DNA of 63,876 bases, the filler included, from assembly GCF_002087085.1 (NCBI RefSeq). It is 4 parts of 4 records of this genome, joined end to end, with 100 filler letters (N's around TTAATTAATTAA, not from the genome) between each part and the next. Parts side by side here need not be neighbours in the genome. Positions count along the whole stretch, not along the records: positions 1 to 20,904 come from NZ_MWQY01000033.1; 3 more parts are not named here. One strand, 5' to 3'. The translations under genes were made by a program, and so were the position numbers. Numbering within the stretch: position 1 is the first letter of the stretch; the number at the start of each line of letters is the position of its first letter. The notes under the pieces were generated by a model. It was not told the origin of the DNA. It saw nothing but the letters and a program-made list of their open reading frames with translations, and did no database searches. Shown here one piece after another: positions 9,026 through 19,954 of this stretch.

Positions 9026-11266
9026 TTACCCCGGCGTTTTGGAAGGGGAAATCTCAACCAGAATCGTATGCTGGGAATTTCCTTTGGCCAGGGGCGTCGG
9101 CTTGAATCCGGTCAGGGTATTAATACTGGATCCCCTGTCGACGCCGTTTTGATCCGGCAGATACCAGCCCCCCTGAGGCATGGCGGCGACCCCCTGCATG
9201 ATGTCTTCGGTTACCCGGGCGGGGATCTCGACGGTACCCCGGTCGTTCCACACCCTGACAAGCCCGCCGTCCCTGATACCCCGTTCTTCAGCATCCCTGG
9301 GATTAATCCAGACCGCCAGGGCCTCTGTTTTATGTGCCCTGTCGAGATTGGCGAAGGTGGAGTGTGTACTCCGCCTGCTGTGCCAGCCGATAAGCTGCAG
9401 GGGATACTTTTCGGTCAGTTCATCCTCCGGGCCTTCCCAGGAAGGAATGTATTTCGGAACTGCGGGAATATCATCGGGCCTGTTCATACGGTACAGGCGT
9501 TCCGAGAATATCTCGATCTTCCCCGAGGGGGTAGGAAAAGGATTATTCTCCGGGTCCCGGATCTGCTCCTCGAAGGCGATATGGGGCTTCTCATAGACCG
9601 GGTAATAGATTCCCTCCTTCCTGAACCTTTCGTAGGAGGGAAAATCGGGTACAGCCCTGCGGGTCTCATCCACGATAAAACGGGCCCAGTCTTCGTAGCC
9701 TCGTCCCCGGCTGAACTCCTCCCCCACACCGAGGCGCTCGGCGAGTGCGGCAATCCAGTCGTAGCCTGTACGCCGTTCAAACTGCGGTTCCACCGCCTGA
9801 TTCTGGAAGATAGCGTACTCCCCAAGGGTGTCCGAGGCGGCGATATCGATGCGCTCCAGAAAATTGGTGCTGGGGAGCAGCACATCCGCGTACATGGCGC
9901 TGGAGGTGAGAAACTCTTCGCTTACCAGGATAAACTCGCACAGGGACTCGTCCTTCAATATTGCCTCGGTGCGCCGGATGTCCGAATGCTGATTCACCAG
10001 ACAGTTTCCCGCCAGACTGGCGATGAACTTGATGTTTGAATCCAGCTTCTCTGTACCGGACAGCCCGTCCTCAGACCTCAGAGATGTCCCCCGGGTAACG
10101 GCTTCGGTCCACAGAAAAACCGGAATGGAAGCTGTAACAGGGTTGTACACCGGTACCGACGCCAGGCTGAAGCGCTTGAAGGTCCCCGCCCCGGAGGCCC
10201 AGCCGCCGGAGATGCCCACGTTGCCGGTCACCGCCGCCAGAACCGTCGCCCCCCGGACCGGCTGCTCCCCCAGGGCATGTCGCTGGGGTCCGTAGCCCTG
10301 AATCAGGGCCCCCGGTTTCGCGCCGGCAAACTCCCGGGCAAAACTGCGTATACGATCCGCGGGGACGCCGCAGATTCCCTCCGCCCACTCCGGGGTTTTT
10401 GGAATACCGTCCGACGATCCCAGAACATAGCTCACCAGGGAGTTCCCGGGAGGAATACCCGGAGGCATCTGGCCTTCGTCGAAACCCAGGCAATAGCGGC
10501 GAAGGAAATCTTCATCGTAGAGTTTTTCGGTAATCATGACCCACAGCATGGCGTCCATCAGGGCATTGTCCGTGGTGGGCCGGAGGGGTATCCACTGGTC
10601 AGCCAGGGCCTTGACGGTATCTGACCTGCGGGGGTCCACAACAATTACCCGGGCACCTCGGACCTTTGCCTCTTTCAGGTACGAGAGGGTCCCGGTACTG
10701 AAGATCGTCTCCGCAGGGTTGTGTCCCCAGAGGATAATCAGCTTGGAATCCTTCAGGGTCTCCCGGGAGCTCCCGGTCCTGGCGGTACCGTAGGTATAGG
10801 GAGTGGCATAATCGGTACAGGCGGTGCTGTAGGAGTTGTAGTAGTTCAGGTAGCCTCCGCCATAGATGCCCAGGAGGCGCCGGAAGAACTCCTTCTCCGC
10901 GAGTTTGCCCATGATTCCCGTGGCATAATGAATATACCGCGACTGGGGACCGTAAATTCCGGTAATCCGCTTCAGTTCCCCTGCAATATGGTCCAGGGCT
11001 TCGTCCCAGGAGATCCGTTCAAAACGGCCCTCTCCCCTTTTTCCGATCCGCTTCAGGGGGTATTTCAGCCGGTCCGGGTGGTAGAGCCGCTTCAGGTAAC
11101 TCCCGCAGCGTACGCAGGGTAAAAGCTGCCTGCCTTCGGGTCCGAAGCGGCGTTTTGAACCGGTGATACGAAGGGCCCTGTTTCCCCGTACATGGACCTC
11201 CAGAAGACAGCGTCCTCCGCAGTTGTGGTTCCCGGTTGTGCTTACGATACGTTCGGCTTTCTCCAT
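9026..11266 (-). CDS. DMSO reductase family molybdoenzyme catalytic subunit (DmsA/YnfE-like), no Tat signal
   Basis: NCGGRC, YHPDRLKYPLKRIGKRGEGRFERISWDEA, WGHNPAET, TPSGKIEIFS, INPRDAEERGI. Confidence 0.9.
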   Translation of the reverse strand: MEKAERIVSTTGNHNCGGRCLLEVHVRGNRALRITGSKRRFGPEGRQLLPCVRCGSYLKRLYHPDRLKYPLKRIGKRGEGRFERISWDEALDHIAGELKRITGIYGPQSRYIHYATGIMGKLAEKEFFRRLLGIYGGGYLNYYNSYSTACTDYATPYTYGTARTGSSRETLKDSKLIILWGHNPAETIFSTGTLSYLKEAKVRGARVIVVDPRRSDTVKALADQWIPLRPTTDNALMDAMLWVMITEKLYDEDFLRRYCLGFDEGQMPPGIPPGNSLVSYVLGSSDGIPKTPEWAEGICGVPADRIRSFAREFAGAKPGALIQGYGPQRHALGEQPVRGATVLAAVTGNVGISGGWASGAGTFKRFSLASVPVYNPVTASIPVFLWTEAVTRGTSLRSEDGLSGTEKLDSNIKFIASLAGNCLVNQHSDIRRTEAILKDESLCEFILVSEEFLTSSAMYADVLLPSTNFLERIDIAASDTLGEYAIFQNQAVEPQFERRTGYDWIAALAERLGVGEEFSRGRGYEDWARFIVDETRRAVPDFPSYERFRKEGIYYPVYEKPHIAFEEQIRDPENNPFPTPSGKIEIFSERLYRMNRPDDIPAVPKYIPSWEGPEDELTEKYPLQLIGWHSRRSTHSTFANLDRAHKTEALAVWINPRDAEERGIRDGGLVRVWNDRGTVEIPARVTEDIMQGVAAMPQGGWYLPDQNGVDRGSSINTLTGFKPTPLAKGNSQHTILVEISPSKTPG

Positions 11267-11346
11267 GGCCGCTGATTATTCCATGAAAAACCGGACTCGT
11301 CAAAACGGTATCGCCACACCGGCGGAATACAGGGTAAGCTCGGTTC

Positions 11347-12045
11347 ATGGTGTACTGTTCCGTCCCTGCAATATCCGCCACAGCTGTTGTTCTTGCCGGA
11401 GGTTCCAGCAGCCGGATGGGCCGGGACAAGGCCCGGCTCAGGATAGGGGATAAAACCCTGCTGGAGCACATTACGGAACACATGACAGGCCTGTTTGAGG
11501 AAATCCTTGTCGCGGCTCCCGCGGAAGGAGATCATGACATCCCCGGTATCCGCTGGGTCAGGGATATTTACACTGCCGCCGGCCCCCTGGGGGGAATCCA
11601 CGGGGGACTGACAGCTGCCGGGACTTCCAGAATATTCGTAAGCGCCTGTGACATGCCTTTCTTTGAAGCCGAGCTGGCAGCTTTTCTGCTGGACGGAACA
11701 GATGCTTACGATGCCGTGGTTCCCTGCTGTCAGGGCTTTACCGAACCCCTCTTTGCGGTCTATGCAAAATCGGCCCTGAAGAAGATGGAGGAGTATCTCC
11801 GTTCAGGGCGCAGATCTGTCAACAGATTCCTCTCCCGGGTGAATACCCTCTATGTTCCGGAACACGAAGTCAGGCGCCGGGCGGACCCCGGCAGGGTTTT
11901 CTTTAACATGAACACCCCCGGGGATTACCTGCACCTGCTTTCAGAAATCCGGCAGCGGGATGTTCAGGCCGCCCCGCTCCGTTCGATTCCCAGCTCCAGT
12001 CCCCGAAGCTCCGCCATACCCCGTAAAAGTCCTATGGCGGAATAA
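11347..12045 (+). CDS. mobA: Molybdenum cofactor guanylyltransferase
   Basis: [34 protein letters not shown]. Confidence 0.92.
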   Translation: MVYCSVPAISATAVVLAGGSSSRMGRDKARLRIGDKTLLEHITEHMTGLFEEILVAAPAEGDHDIPGIRWVRDIYTAAGPLGGIHGGLTAAGTSRIFVSACDMPFFEAELAAFLLDGTDAYDAVVPCCQGFTEPLFAVYAKSALKKMEEYLRSGRRSVNRFLSRVNTLYVPEHEVRRRADPGRVFFNMNTPGDYLHLLSEIRQRDVQAAPLRSIPSSSPRSSAIPRKSPMAE

Positions 12046-13178
12046 CCGGGGTTTGTCTTCTTGTCCAGGTCGTCGAGAATGGTGTGCCCGTGATCGGCCC
12101 GCATGGGGATATGGGGATCCCGCCGTCCCAGGGCGATGCGCAGTTTTTCTTCTTTCAGGATGGCCCGCATGACCCGGAACATATCCACGTTTCCCTGCAG
12201 ATGAGCTGCCTCAAAAAAGCTCCCGTCCGGCTCCCGCTGGGTACTGCGCAGGTGGGCAAAATTGAGCTTTGAACCGTACTTTTCCACCATATGAACCAGA
12301 TCGTTATCGGCACGTACCCCGTAAGATCCTGTGCAGAGGGTAAAACCGTTGTACACAGTGTCGTACACACTCAGGATCTGACGTAAATTATCCTCCGTGC
12401 TGACAATGCGGGGCAGACCGAAGAGGGGATAGGGGGGATCATCGGGATGGATCGCCAGCTTTACATCCGACTCCAGGGCCACCGGCACTATCTGCTGCAG
12501 GAAATAGGCCAGGTTGCTCCGAAGGGCTGCATCGTCCACGTTACGGTAGGCATTGAGTCTTTCCTGGAACTGGGCCAGGGAGTACCCCTCCTGCCCGCCG
12601 GGCAGACCGGCAATGATATTATGCTGCAGATTCTCCTTCTGCTCCTGCGTCATCTTTTCATAGTATTCCCAGGCTGCCTGCTGCCGTTCCTCGCTGTACT
12701 CACTCGCCGCCCCGGGCCTTTTGAGCATAAACAGATCGAAGGCCGCAAAGGCATCCACGTCGAAGCGAAGGGCCAGGGAACCGTCTTCGAATTCAAACTC
12801 AAGGTCGGTCCTGGTCCAGTCCAGCACCGGCATAAAGTTGTAACAGACCGTCTTTACCCCGATCGCCCCCACATTGCGGATACTCTGCTTGTAATTCTCG
12901 ATGTATCTTTCGCGTCCGGGAAGTCCAAGCTTGATATCCTCGTGGACGGGAATGCTCTCCACCACCGACCAGCTGAGTCCCCGGTTTCGCGGGGGGCTGA
13001 GGCTGTCGTCCCACTCTATCATCCGCTTCCGTTCCTGCAGTGCCTCCAGGGACCACACGTCGCCGATGGGAATATCCTGCAGGGAAGTCACTATTCCCGT
13101 CGCGCCGGCCTGGCGAATATCACTCAGGCGTACCGGATCATCCGGTCCGTACCATCTCCAGGTCTGTTCCATGCTCAT
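11964..13178 (-). CDS. uxuA: Mannonate dehydratase
   Basis: [54 protein letters not shown]. Confidence 0.97.
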   Translation of the reverse strand: MSMEQTWRWYGPDDPVRLSDIRQAGATGIVTSLQDIPIGDVWSLEALQERKRMIEWDDSLSPPRNRGLSWSVVESIPVHEDIKLGLPGRERYIENYKQSIRNVGAIGVKTVCYNFMPVLDWTRTDLEFEFEDGSLALRFDVDAFAAFDLFMLKRPGAASEYSEERQQAAWEYYEKMTQEQKENLQHNIIAGLPGGQEGYSLAQFQERLNAYRNVDDAALRSNLAYFLQQIVPVALESDVKLAIHPDDPPYPLFGLPRIVSTEDNLRQILSVYDTVYNGFTLCTGSYGVRADNDLVHMVEKYGSKLNFAHLRSTQREPDGSFFEAAHLQGNVDMFRVMRAILKEEKLRIALGRRDPHIPMRADHGHTILDDLDKKTNPGYSAIGLLRGMAELRGLELGIERSGAA

Positions 13179-13198
13179 TGTTATTTCTCCTGTAATTG

Positions 13199-13891
13199 TC
13201 AAGTATTCTGGGACTTCAGCATTTTGAGCTCGTTTTCCAGTCCCCGATTGATATGCTGTTCCAGTAGTGTTACAACCTCATCTTCCGGCGAGGAAAAGAG
13301 AGCCTCCACCAGTGCCCCATGGTCTCCGATATGGCGGGTGGAAGAGTTCTTCCAGGTTCTGAGGGCATTCCAGAAAAAGAGTTTTTTCAGATTGATGCGC
13401 TCATACATCCGGCTCATGAGGGGCGAGCCCGCAAGGTCAACTATCTCCATGTGAAGACGATAATGAAGATCTCCGAATTCATGGAGATCCCCTTCAGGAT
13501 CGAGATCGATACCGTCGCACTGGGCGGCAATCTTCAGAAGATCCGAAGAATCGATCTGTTCCCGGTTCCGGACGATCTCCCGGGCGGCCTCAAGCTCGAA
13601 GAGGCGCCGCAGGCGATAACGATCCTGTACTGTTGCAGGGGTCTCCTCCGGAACCCTGACCCCCCAGTGGGGAACATTCTCCACCAGCCCGTCGCTTTCA
13701 AGCTGCCGCAGGGCGGCCCGGACGGTAATGACCGCCGCGTCGACCTTCCCGGCCAGGGTACGCTGGGACAGAAAGGTATTCAGGGGAATACCGCCCTGGA
13801 GAATCAGTTCCTTGAGCTGTTCATAGACGATCTCTTCCTTCGTCTTCGGTCGTTCGAGATCCCGTGTTTCCATGTCTCTTCCGTATTTCAT
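13199..13891 (-). CDS. GntR family transcriptional regulator (FCD domain)
   Basis: N-terminal wHTH ([14 protein letters not shown]); overlaps the uxuA leader. Confidence 0.9.
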   Translation of the reverse strand: MKYGRDMETRDLERPKTKEEIVYEQLKELILQGGIPLNTFLSQRTLAGKVDAAVITVRAALRQLESDGLVENVPHWGVRVPEETPATVQDRYRLRRLFELEAAREIVRNREQIDSSDLLKIAAQCDGIDLDPEGDLHEFGDLHYRLHMEIVDLAGSPLMSRMYERINLKKLFFWNALRTWKNSSTRHIGDHGALVEALFSSPEDEVVTLLEQHINRGLENELKMLKSQNT

Positions 13892-13898
13892 ATGATTT

Positions 13899-13940
13899 AA
13901 CTGTTAAAACAGTTTTAACGATAATTTTTGAACGAGTCAA
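13899..13940 (-). promoter_or_regulatory. Sigma70-like promoter with overlapping palindromic operator
   Basis: TTGACT-17 bp-TAAAAC on the minus strand; AACTGTT-AA-AACAGTT inverted repeat at 13899-13914. Confidence 0.55.
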
Positions 13941-14128
13941 GAGACAAACAGGGTTTTAGAAGGAAGTTCCTTCTCTACTGTTCAGAATCGTGGGGATAAA
14001 GGTCACGTAAGGTTTTCTCAGAGCAGGATTTATCCGCCCTACCGTGCCGGATCAGCGGATTCTTCCGAAATCACGATCTTTTACGACGGATAAAGGGAAT
14101 CCATCCCCACGCTTCGGGACACTGTCCG

Positions 14129-15796
14129 CTACTTGGAGGTCAGGATTTCCACACCATTCCAGTTTGCCGGGGGCGGATCCTTCAGATAGCGGTCGCAGCG
14201 CTCGATATAGAGGGATGCCAGAAAATCCGCCGGCTCAAGCCGCAGCACCGCTTCAAAATACTGCCGGGCACCGGAAAAATCCTGCCGGTAGTAGCGGGCC
14301 ATGGCGGCGTGGTGGATGCGCAGAAGCTGCTCCTGCTTCGCATTAAGCCGGTTTTCGTAGGCGGTATAAATATTCTCCCCGATGGTTTTGCCCTTGACCT
14401 GCACTTTGTCCACCAGGCGGCAGGGATAGGTGTCCTTGACCTTGCGGTAGACACTCTCGGAGAAGATAACATCCTGCTTGTAGGGTTTGGTCAGCCCCTC
14501 CAGCCGGGAGCCCAGGTTGACCATGTCCCCGATTACCGTGTAATCCATCTTCTTCTGGCTGCCGATGTTGCCGACGGTGACAACGCCGTAGTTGATGCCG
14601 ATACCGGTTATGAACTTCGGCTTGCCCTTCTCCTCCTGGGAGCGATTGAACTCCTTCAGGGCTTCCTGCATTTTAAGGGCCACGGCCACCGCATTCAGGG
14701 CATCGTTCTTGTGTTTTACCGGAGCGCCGAAAAAAGCCATGATGGCATCGCCGATATACTTGTCGATAATGCCGCCGTGGTCCATGATTATGTCCACCAT
14801 AATCTCGAAGTAGGCGTTCAGGGCGTTTACCAGTTCGTCGGGCATATAGCCCTCGGAGATGGTGGTAAAGGAGCGTATATCGGAGAAAAGTACCGCCAGC
14901 ACCCGGTTCTCCCCCACCAGCATGGACTCGGGATTTGAGAAGAGGGAGTCGATTACATCCTTGGGAACATATTTCTGAAAGATATTGCGGATTTTATGTT
15001 CGTTCTTCTGGGCCAGCACGGCCTTGAAGGCAAAGCCCTTGATCTGGTTGTAGGCTTTCTGAAGCTCCTCAACCATTATATTGAAGGTATGAGCCAGGTC
15101 TCCTGTCTCGTCCCTGTACTCCACAGCCACCCTGGCGGAAAGATCGTTATTGGATATTATCCCCCGCATGGTGGAGACGACCCGGCGGAGGGGGCCGGTG
15201 AGAATCCCGGCGAAAAAGAAGAGCAGAATCAGGGAGACGAGTATTGCACCGCCCAGGACATAGGCGTTCCGGACGAGGATCTCCCGGACCTCCCGATAAA
15301 AAGCGGCCTCGTCCTCCGATACGACCACAAGCCACTGGAACGGAGAAAACCGGAAGGCGTGTCCTACCCGGGCGGATCCGTTCAAGCTAAACTCGATCCA
15401 GCCCGAAGCATCCCCGTCGATAAGACGCCGGAACTCCTCCCGGTCCTGCGGGCCGAAGCTCAGGTCGCCCGTACTGAGCTCCAGGTCCGGGTCTCCTTCA
15501 TAGGAGACTGCAAGGATCAGTTCAGTAGGAGTCCGAACAACGGATTCCGCATAGGCCTCCATGGCATCCCTGGCAACAGCCACATACTCCTCTTCCTCGG
15601 AGAGCTCATTTGTCACCAGGAGGTTCCACTGGCTGTCCATGTATTTGTTCAGCTCCTGGGCTTTGAAGCCGAGGGAGGACATGGCAATACGGGTCATACC
15701 GCTGCGGGCGGAATACGAACTAATCGTACCGCTTATAAGAAGAGCGGCAACCAGAAGGGGCACAACAACTAATACTATCTTTGCGCGAATACTCAC
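14129..15796 (-). CDS. Membrane-bound class III adenylate/guanylate cyclase (sensor-HAMP-cyclase-TPR)
   Basis: Two TM segments, HAMP (DETGDLAHTFNIM), FSDIRSFT, DKYIGDAIMA, YTVIGDMVNLGSRLEG; GTG start at 15796 chosen from RBS. Confidence 0.93.
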   Translation of the reverse strand: MSIRAKIVLVVVPLLVAALLISGTISSYSARSGMTRIAMSSLGFKAQELNKYMDSQWNLLVTNELSEEEEYVAVARDAMEAYAESVVRTPTELILAVSYEGDPDLELSTGDLSFGPQDREEFRRLIDGDASGWIEFSLNGSARVGHAFRFSPFQWLVVVSEDEAAFYREVREILVRNAYVLGGAILVSLILLFFFAGILTGPLRRVVSTMRGIISNNDLSARVAVEYRDETGDLAHTFNIMVEELQKAYNQIKGFAFKAVLAQKNEHKIRNIFQKYVPKDVIDSLFSNPESMLVGENRVLAVLFSDIRSFTTISEGYMPDELVNALNAYFEIMVDIIMDHGGIIDKYIGDAIMAFFGAPVKHKNDALNAVAVALKMQEALKEFNRSQEEKGKPKFITGIGINYGVVTVGNIGSQKKMDYTVIGDMVNLGSRLEGLTKPYKQDVIFSESVYRKVKDTYPCRLVDKVQVKGKTIGENIYTAYENRLNAKQEQLLRIHHAAMARYYRQDFSGARQYFEAVLRLEPADFLASLYIERCDRYLKDPPPANWNGVEILTSK

Positions 15797-15943
15797 CTTG
15801 AATATACCTACCTTTAGAGCATCGGTCACAGGACCTGAGTTCTTAATGCCGGAAAATCCGCTGAGGCATAAAATTCGCTTTACACTTACAGCCCTTCCTG
15901 CCGATACTAGAAACGGAAAACTGTTCATACCCAGGGAGTAAGA

Positions 15944-18259
15944 ATGGCAAGTCCCGACCCGACGGTCTCAGAACCGGAAGTATACGACGACGTACTCACA
16001 GAGGAGACATCCATTTCCGACGAGGACCGCCGGGAGATCCTCGCGGACATAGAGGATGTGGTTCGAAAGAACCGTATTACCGTCAGCGAGGACCTTTTCC
16101 GCATTCGGCCCCAGAAAAGCGGGGTGCTTCTCCCAACATTGATAAATATTCTGGCCATTGCGGCAGTGGGCGCAGTCTTTTACTATTCCGCCCGCTTTTT
16201 CGAAGCCCGGCAGGAGACCATGTCCCTCCAGGTAAGCACGGTAACGGGCGCAGAGGGCCGGCTCCTGGAGGAGCTGAAACGGGAATCCGCAGAACAGATC
16301 GCCAGAAAAGAGGAAGAGATAAGCCGTATTCAGGACGAGCTGGCCCGCATCGAGTCCCAGGCCAGGACCCTGCAGACGGATTTCGAGAGCGCCCTGCAGC
16401 AACGCGAAGAAGAGCTGCGGGCCGAGCTGGAACTGGAACTGGAGGCGGAACGAGTCAGGCTGCAGGCCCTGGATATTACCCCTGCGGAAATGGATTCGCG
16501 GCTGCGGGAGTTTGAAATTCAGAAACAGCAGGAACTCCAGCAGAGGATCGAGGAGTTCCGTATCCAGATGCAGGCGGAGATGGCGGAACGGGAGGAGGAG
16601 CTCCAGCAGGCCCGGGCCGCGGCAAACCAGATTCTCGACGAAGCCAACGCAGAGAGGGAGGCAATCCTTCAGGAAGCCGTTGAGCGTGAGACCCGGCTTG
16701 CCGAACGATACGAGGCGGAGCGTCAGGCCCTGGTGGAGGCCTCATCTGCGGCGCAGCTGCGCCTCGAGGAGATTGCCCGGCGTCAGGAGACGGAGAACCT
16801 GCTGACCGACCAGATCCTCGCCTCCTACAGCTCCATAATGGAAAGCATGCGAAACAGGGAGTTTCAGAAAGCCCTGGATCAGATCGGTACCCTGCAGAAT
16901 CTTCTGGAGGATCCCCGGATCGACGACCTTCCCCGGATCGCACGGCGGAGGGAGGTGGAGCGCTTTGTTCTTTCCACGCTCCAGGAAGATATCAGAAGCG
17001 AAATGAACGCTGAGACCGCCGACACCGGTGGTCTTGTAAATGCGGCCCAGCGGCTTTTCAATGCCCGGGAACTCATAAGCCGGGGAGAAGCCGCCCTTGA
17101 AGCCGGCCGTGAAGAAGAGGCCCGGAACCATTTTCAGGAAGCCGTTGCAGCCCTTCCGTCGGTCCGATCTGCTGTTTCCAGAATAGCGGATCTTGATGCC
17201 CGCGAACGCCGTACCCAGGCCCTGCAACTCCTGGAACAGGGAAACCGGCTGATCAGCGGCGGGGACACCGCCGGGGCGATTCAGGCCTATCGGGATGCGG
17301 CTTCGGCAATTGCAGAAGAAAACGACGATACCCTGCTGGAGACCCTGGACCGTCTGCAGGAAGCTGTGACACAGGGAACCGGCGCCGCCCTGGCGGCGGA
17401 CAACGAAGCACGGGTGGAAGAGCTGCGCAGGGAATACGAGGATCGTATCGTTGAACTTACGGAGATTTCCCTGGCCTCGGAAGAAGAAACCAGCGGCCGT
17501 CTTGCCCAGGCCCTGAACAGGGTGGAAGAGCTGGAAGGACTCCTCGAACAGGGGAACCGGCGAATCCGGGATCTTGAAACCTCTCTGCAGCAGGAACGCG
17601 ACCTCATCGAGGAGGGAAGGGAGATCCTGGAGAAGGAACGCAGGGAAGCTGCGGAGTTCCAGGCCACCATTGCGTCCCTGGAACAGGAGATCCGGGAACT
17701 GGAGAATACTCCCCGTGGGGTCGACCCGGAGGCCGCCGCCTCACTGCAGGCCGGATATCAGGCTGAACTGCAGCAGCGGGAAACCCGCATCAGCGAACTT
17801 ACCGATCGCCTCAACAGCACCCAGGCAAGTCTTGCCCGCACGGAGGAACGCCTGACCCGCTCCCAGGAGCAGCGCCAGCAGCTGGAGGAGGACCTGAATG
17901 CCGCGGTAATCGAGCTGGTGGATGTGGTTACCCAGCGGCAGGGAGACGAACGCTACACAGCCCTTGCCAGGAATTACGTGAATTACCAGTCCAGGCTGGA
18001 ATCTCTTATTTCCGGCGGCTCTCCTTCGGATTTCCGAAAGGCCGAGGAACTTCTGAACAGTTTCTACCGCGAACAGGCGATACGGCAGGTATTTCCGAAC
18101 CTGGAGGAGTACAGCTCCCGGATCATGGAAGGCAGAATCGAGGCTGCGGAAGAACAAGCAAAGGAAGAGGTTTTTTCCGCGGCCAGGAAATACGCCGGAG
18201 AGGATGAACTTGTTCTGCGGGCCATAGAAAAAATCAGGGATCTTGCACAGAAGGAGTAA
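15944..18259 (+). CDS. Single-pass membrane protein with long coiled coils and TPR-like repeats
   Basis: One hydrophobic helix near residues 60-80, then E/R/Q/L-rich heptads; GGAG RBS. Confidence 0.8.
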   Translation: MASPDPTVSEPEVYDDVLTEETSISDEDRREILADIEDVVRKNRITVSEDLFRIRPQKSGVLLPTLINILAIAAVGAVFYYSARFFEARQETMSLQVSTVTGAEGRLLEELKRESAEQIARKEEEISRIQDELARIESQARTLQTDFESALQQREEELRAELELELEAERVRLQALDITPAEMDSRLREFEIQKQQELQQRIEEFRIQMQAEMAEREEELQQARAAANQILDEANAEREAILQEAVERETRLAERYEAERQALVEASSAAQLRLEEIARRQETENLLTDQILASYSSIMESMRNREFQKALDQIGTLQNLLEDPRIDDLPRIARRREVERFVLSTLQEDIRSEMNAETADTGGLVNAAQRLFNARELISRGEAALEAGREEEARNHFQEAVAALPSVRSAVSRIADLDARERRTQALQLLEQGNRLISGGDTAGAIQAYRDAASAIAEENDDTLLETLDRLQEAVTQGTGAALAADNEARVEELRREYEDRIVELTEISLASEEETSGRLAQALNRVEELEGLLEQGNRRIRDLETSLQQERDLIEEGREILEKERREAAEFQATIASLEQEIRELENTPRGVDPEAAASLQAGYQAELQQRETRISELTDRLNSTQASLARTEERLTRSQEQRQQLEEDLNAAVIELVDVVTQRQGDERYTALARNYVNYQSRLESLISGGSPSDFRKAEELLNSFYREQAIRQVFPNLEEYSSRIMEGRIEAAEEQAKEEVFSAARKYAGEDELVLRAIEKIRDLAQKE

Positions 18260-19145
18260 GGCTCTTCCGGGACCCGGTAATCACCTGCCACTGGGATGCC
18301 AGCATCCCCGCAAACATCAGAACACAGCCGGCCAGAGACCTGGGATCCAGGACCTCTCCGATAAGCAGCCATCCCCCGAGGGCGGCGAAGGCCCCTTCCA
18401 GGCTCAGCAGAATCGCCGCATGGGAGGGCGGAGCATTCTTCTGGGCCACAACCTGCAGGGTATAGGCGATCCCCACGGAAAAAAGTCCGCCGTAGAGAAT
18501 GGGTACGGCAGCGGTCAGAATTCCCTGAAAACCGGGATCCTCAAATCCCAGGGCCGTCACACCGCACAACACCGAACAGAGGGCGAACTGGATTATGGAA
18601 AGCTCGATGGAATCCACGTAACGTCCGTACAGGTCAATTATCAGCACATGCAGGGCCCAGAATACAGCGCTGGCCAGGACCAGCAAATCCCCGGGAGAGA
18701 CGGTAAAGCCCTCCCGGACACTCAGGAGATAGAGTCCGCTCACCGCCAGAAGGGCCCCCACCCAGCCGGCGATCCCCGTACCCCGGCGTACGACAATTCC
18801 GAAAAGAGGAACCAAAACCACATACAGGGTAGTTATAAAACCCGCCTTGCCGGCGCTTGTATAGACAATACCGATCTGCTGAAGGGAGGCGGCGAAAAAG
18901 AGAAACGCGCCGGCGGCAAGACCGACCCGTATGCGAAGACGGACAGAGGAACGGATCTGTCTTCCCCTGGCCCTGCGCCAGTACAGAAGGGGCAGCAGAC
19001 TCGCCGCTCCCAGGGCAAAGCGTACGGCATTATAGGTAAAAGGTCCAATGAACCTCATACCCACCCGTTGGGCTACAAAGGCGAATCCCCAGATCATGGC
19101 AGTCATTAAAAGCAGCGCATCGTTTTTCATTACCCCGGTTTTCAT
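18234..19145 (-). CDS. DMT/EamA family transporter
   Basis: IWGFAFVAQR, TSAGKAGFITTLYVV; about 10 TM helices. Confidence 0.9.
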   Translation of the reverse strand: MKTGVMKNDALLLMTAMIWGFAFVAQRVGMRFIGPFTYNAVRFALGAASLLPLLYWRRARGRQIRSSVRLRIRVGLAAGAFLFFAASLQQIGIVYTSAGKAGFITTLYVVLVPLFGIVVRRGTGIAGWVGALLAVSGLYLLSVREGFTVSPGDLLVLASAVFWALHVLIIDLYGRYVDSIELSIIQFALCSVLCGVTALGFEDPGFQGILTAAVPILYGGLFSVGIAYTLQVVAQKNAPPSHAAILLSLEGAFAALGGWLLIGEVLDPRSLAGCVLMFAGMLASQWQVITGSRKSLTPSVQDP

Positions 19146-19190
19146 ACCGCGGGAGTATACTTGGGATCGCGTCCTTCGTCCATAAACTGA

Positions 19191-19328
19191 GGGCAATTAA
19201 GAATCCCTGTCACAGGCAAAGCGGAGGAATTTTGCAGCACCCTCAAACTCCTGTGATGACGAGAGTTGAGAAGGGAAAATTCCCGACAACGCTGCATGGG
19301 GCAAAAAGTGCAGTTTTTGGAGGTGCCC
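19191..19328. mobile_element. MITE-like element, copy 2 (degenerate left end)
   Basis: Right end GTTTTTGGAGGTGCCC; interior colinear with copy 1 (CAAACTC..GAGTTGAG..GACAACGC). Confidence 0.7.
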
Positions 19329-19510
19329 CACAATTTATCTGGAAAAAATATAAAAAAAGACTATAATGAAAGAAGCGAAGCAGCCGCTGTACCGGCGCAG
19401 AGCGACAGGTCGAACAGAACCGGACCCGACCACAAAATCACAGATTGTGTGGTCCGACGCTTTCCTTCAGGAAAGTGATCGGGGATGGCGACCGAGAAAC
19501 AGGAGAAACA

Positions 19511-19954
19511 ATGGAGACTGTCATACCCTTTCTGATAAAGGCCAAAAGGAACTGTTACGCCGCGGGCATGATCCCCGTTTCGTCCACCAGAAAAAATTCC
19601 AAGGACCTTCACTATTCGGAAGGCGATCTACGATATCTGGACTCCTATTTTGGAGCTGAGCGTTTCCTGGGCCAGGAAGTTGTATGGAAGAAAAACCGCG
19701 AGGTCTGGGGAATGAACTACTACGGCTGCCTGCTCGAAGACGCCATCCCCGAGGACTTTCCGGAGTTTCTGAGGCAGGCCCTCTCACGGCTGGATGAGCA
19801 GAATCCCTACAGGGGCAAAGACGGCTACCGGGAAGGAGACTTCTCGTACCACTGCAGCTGGACCGGTTCCTTCGAGCAGTTCCGGGGAGAGGAGTACGTC
19901 ACCTTCGGCGGTTCCAGAATCTACGAGATGTATTTCCACGGGGGAATACTCTAA
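19511..19954 (+). CDS. DUF5680-like protein
   Basis: YLDSYFG..FLGQEVVW...WGMNYYG and PYRG patterns; AGGAG RBS before ATG 19511. Confidence 0.7.
   Translation: METVIPFLIKAKRNCYAAGMIPVSSTRKNSKDLHYSEGDLRYLDSYFGAERFLGQEVVWKKNREVWGMNYYGCLLEDAIPEDFPEFLRQALSRLDEQNPYRGKDGYREGDFSYHCSWTGSFEQFRGEEYVTFGGSRIYEMYFHGGIL

Noticed and set aside
7756..9105. Long antisense ORFs (e.g. 7756-9105, 46480-47907, 47861-49045, 51864-52895, 57197-58249)
   Set aside because: Shadow frames of clear genes on the opposite strand in GC-rich DNA.
11964..12045. 82-bp convergent overlap of mobA and uxuA
   Set aside because: A nonconserved-looking tail after the final MobA motif; likely simple stop-codon drift.
15944..18259. 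SMC or defence ATPase assignment for the coiled-coil protein
   Set aside because: No Walker A/B motifs seen; it has a membrane anchor instead.
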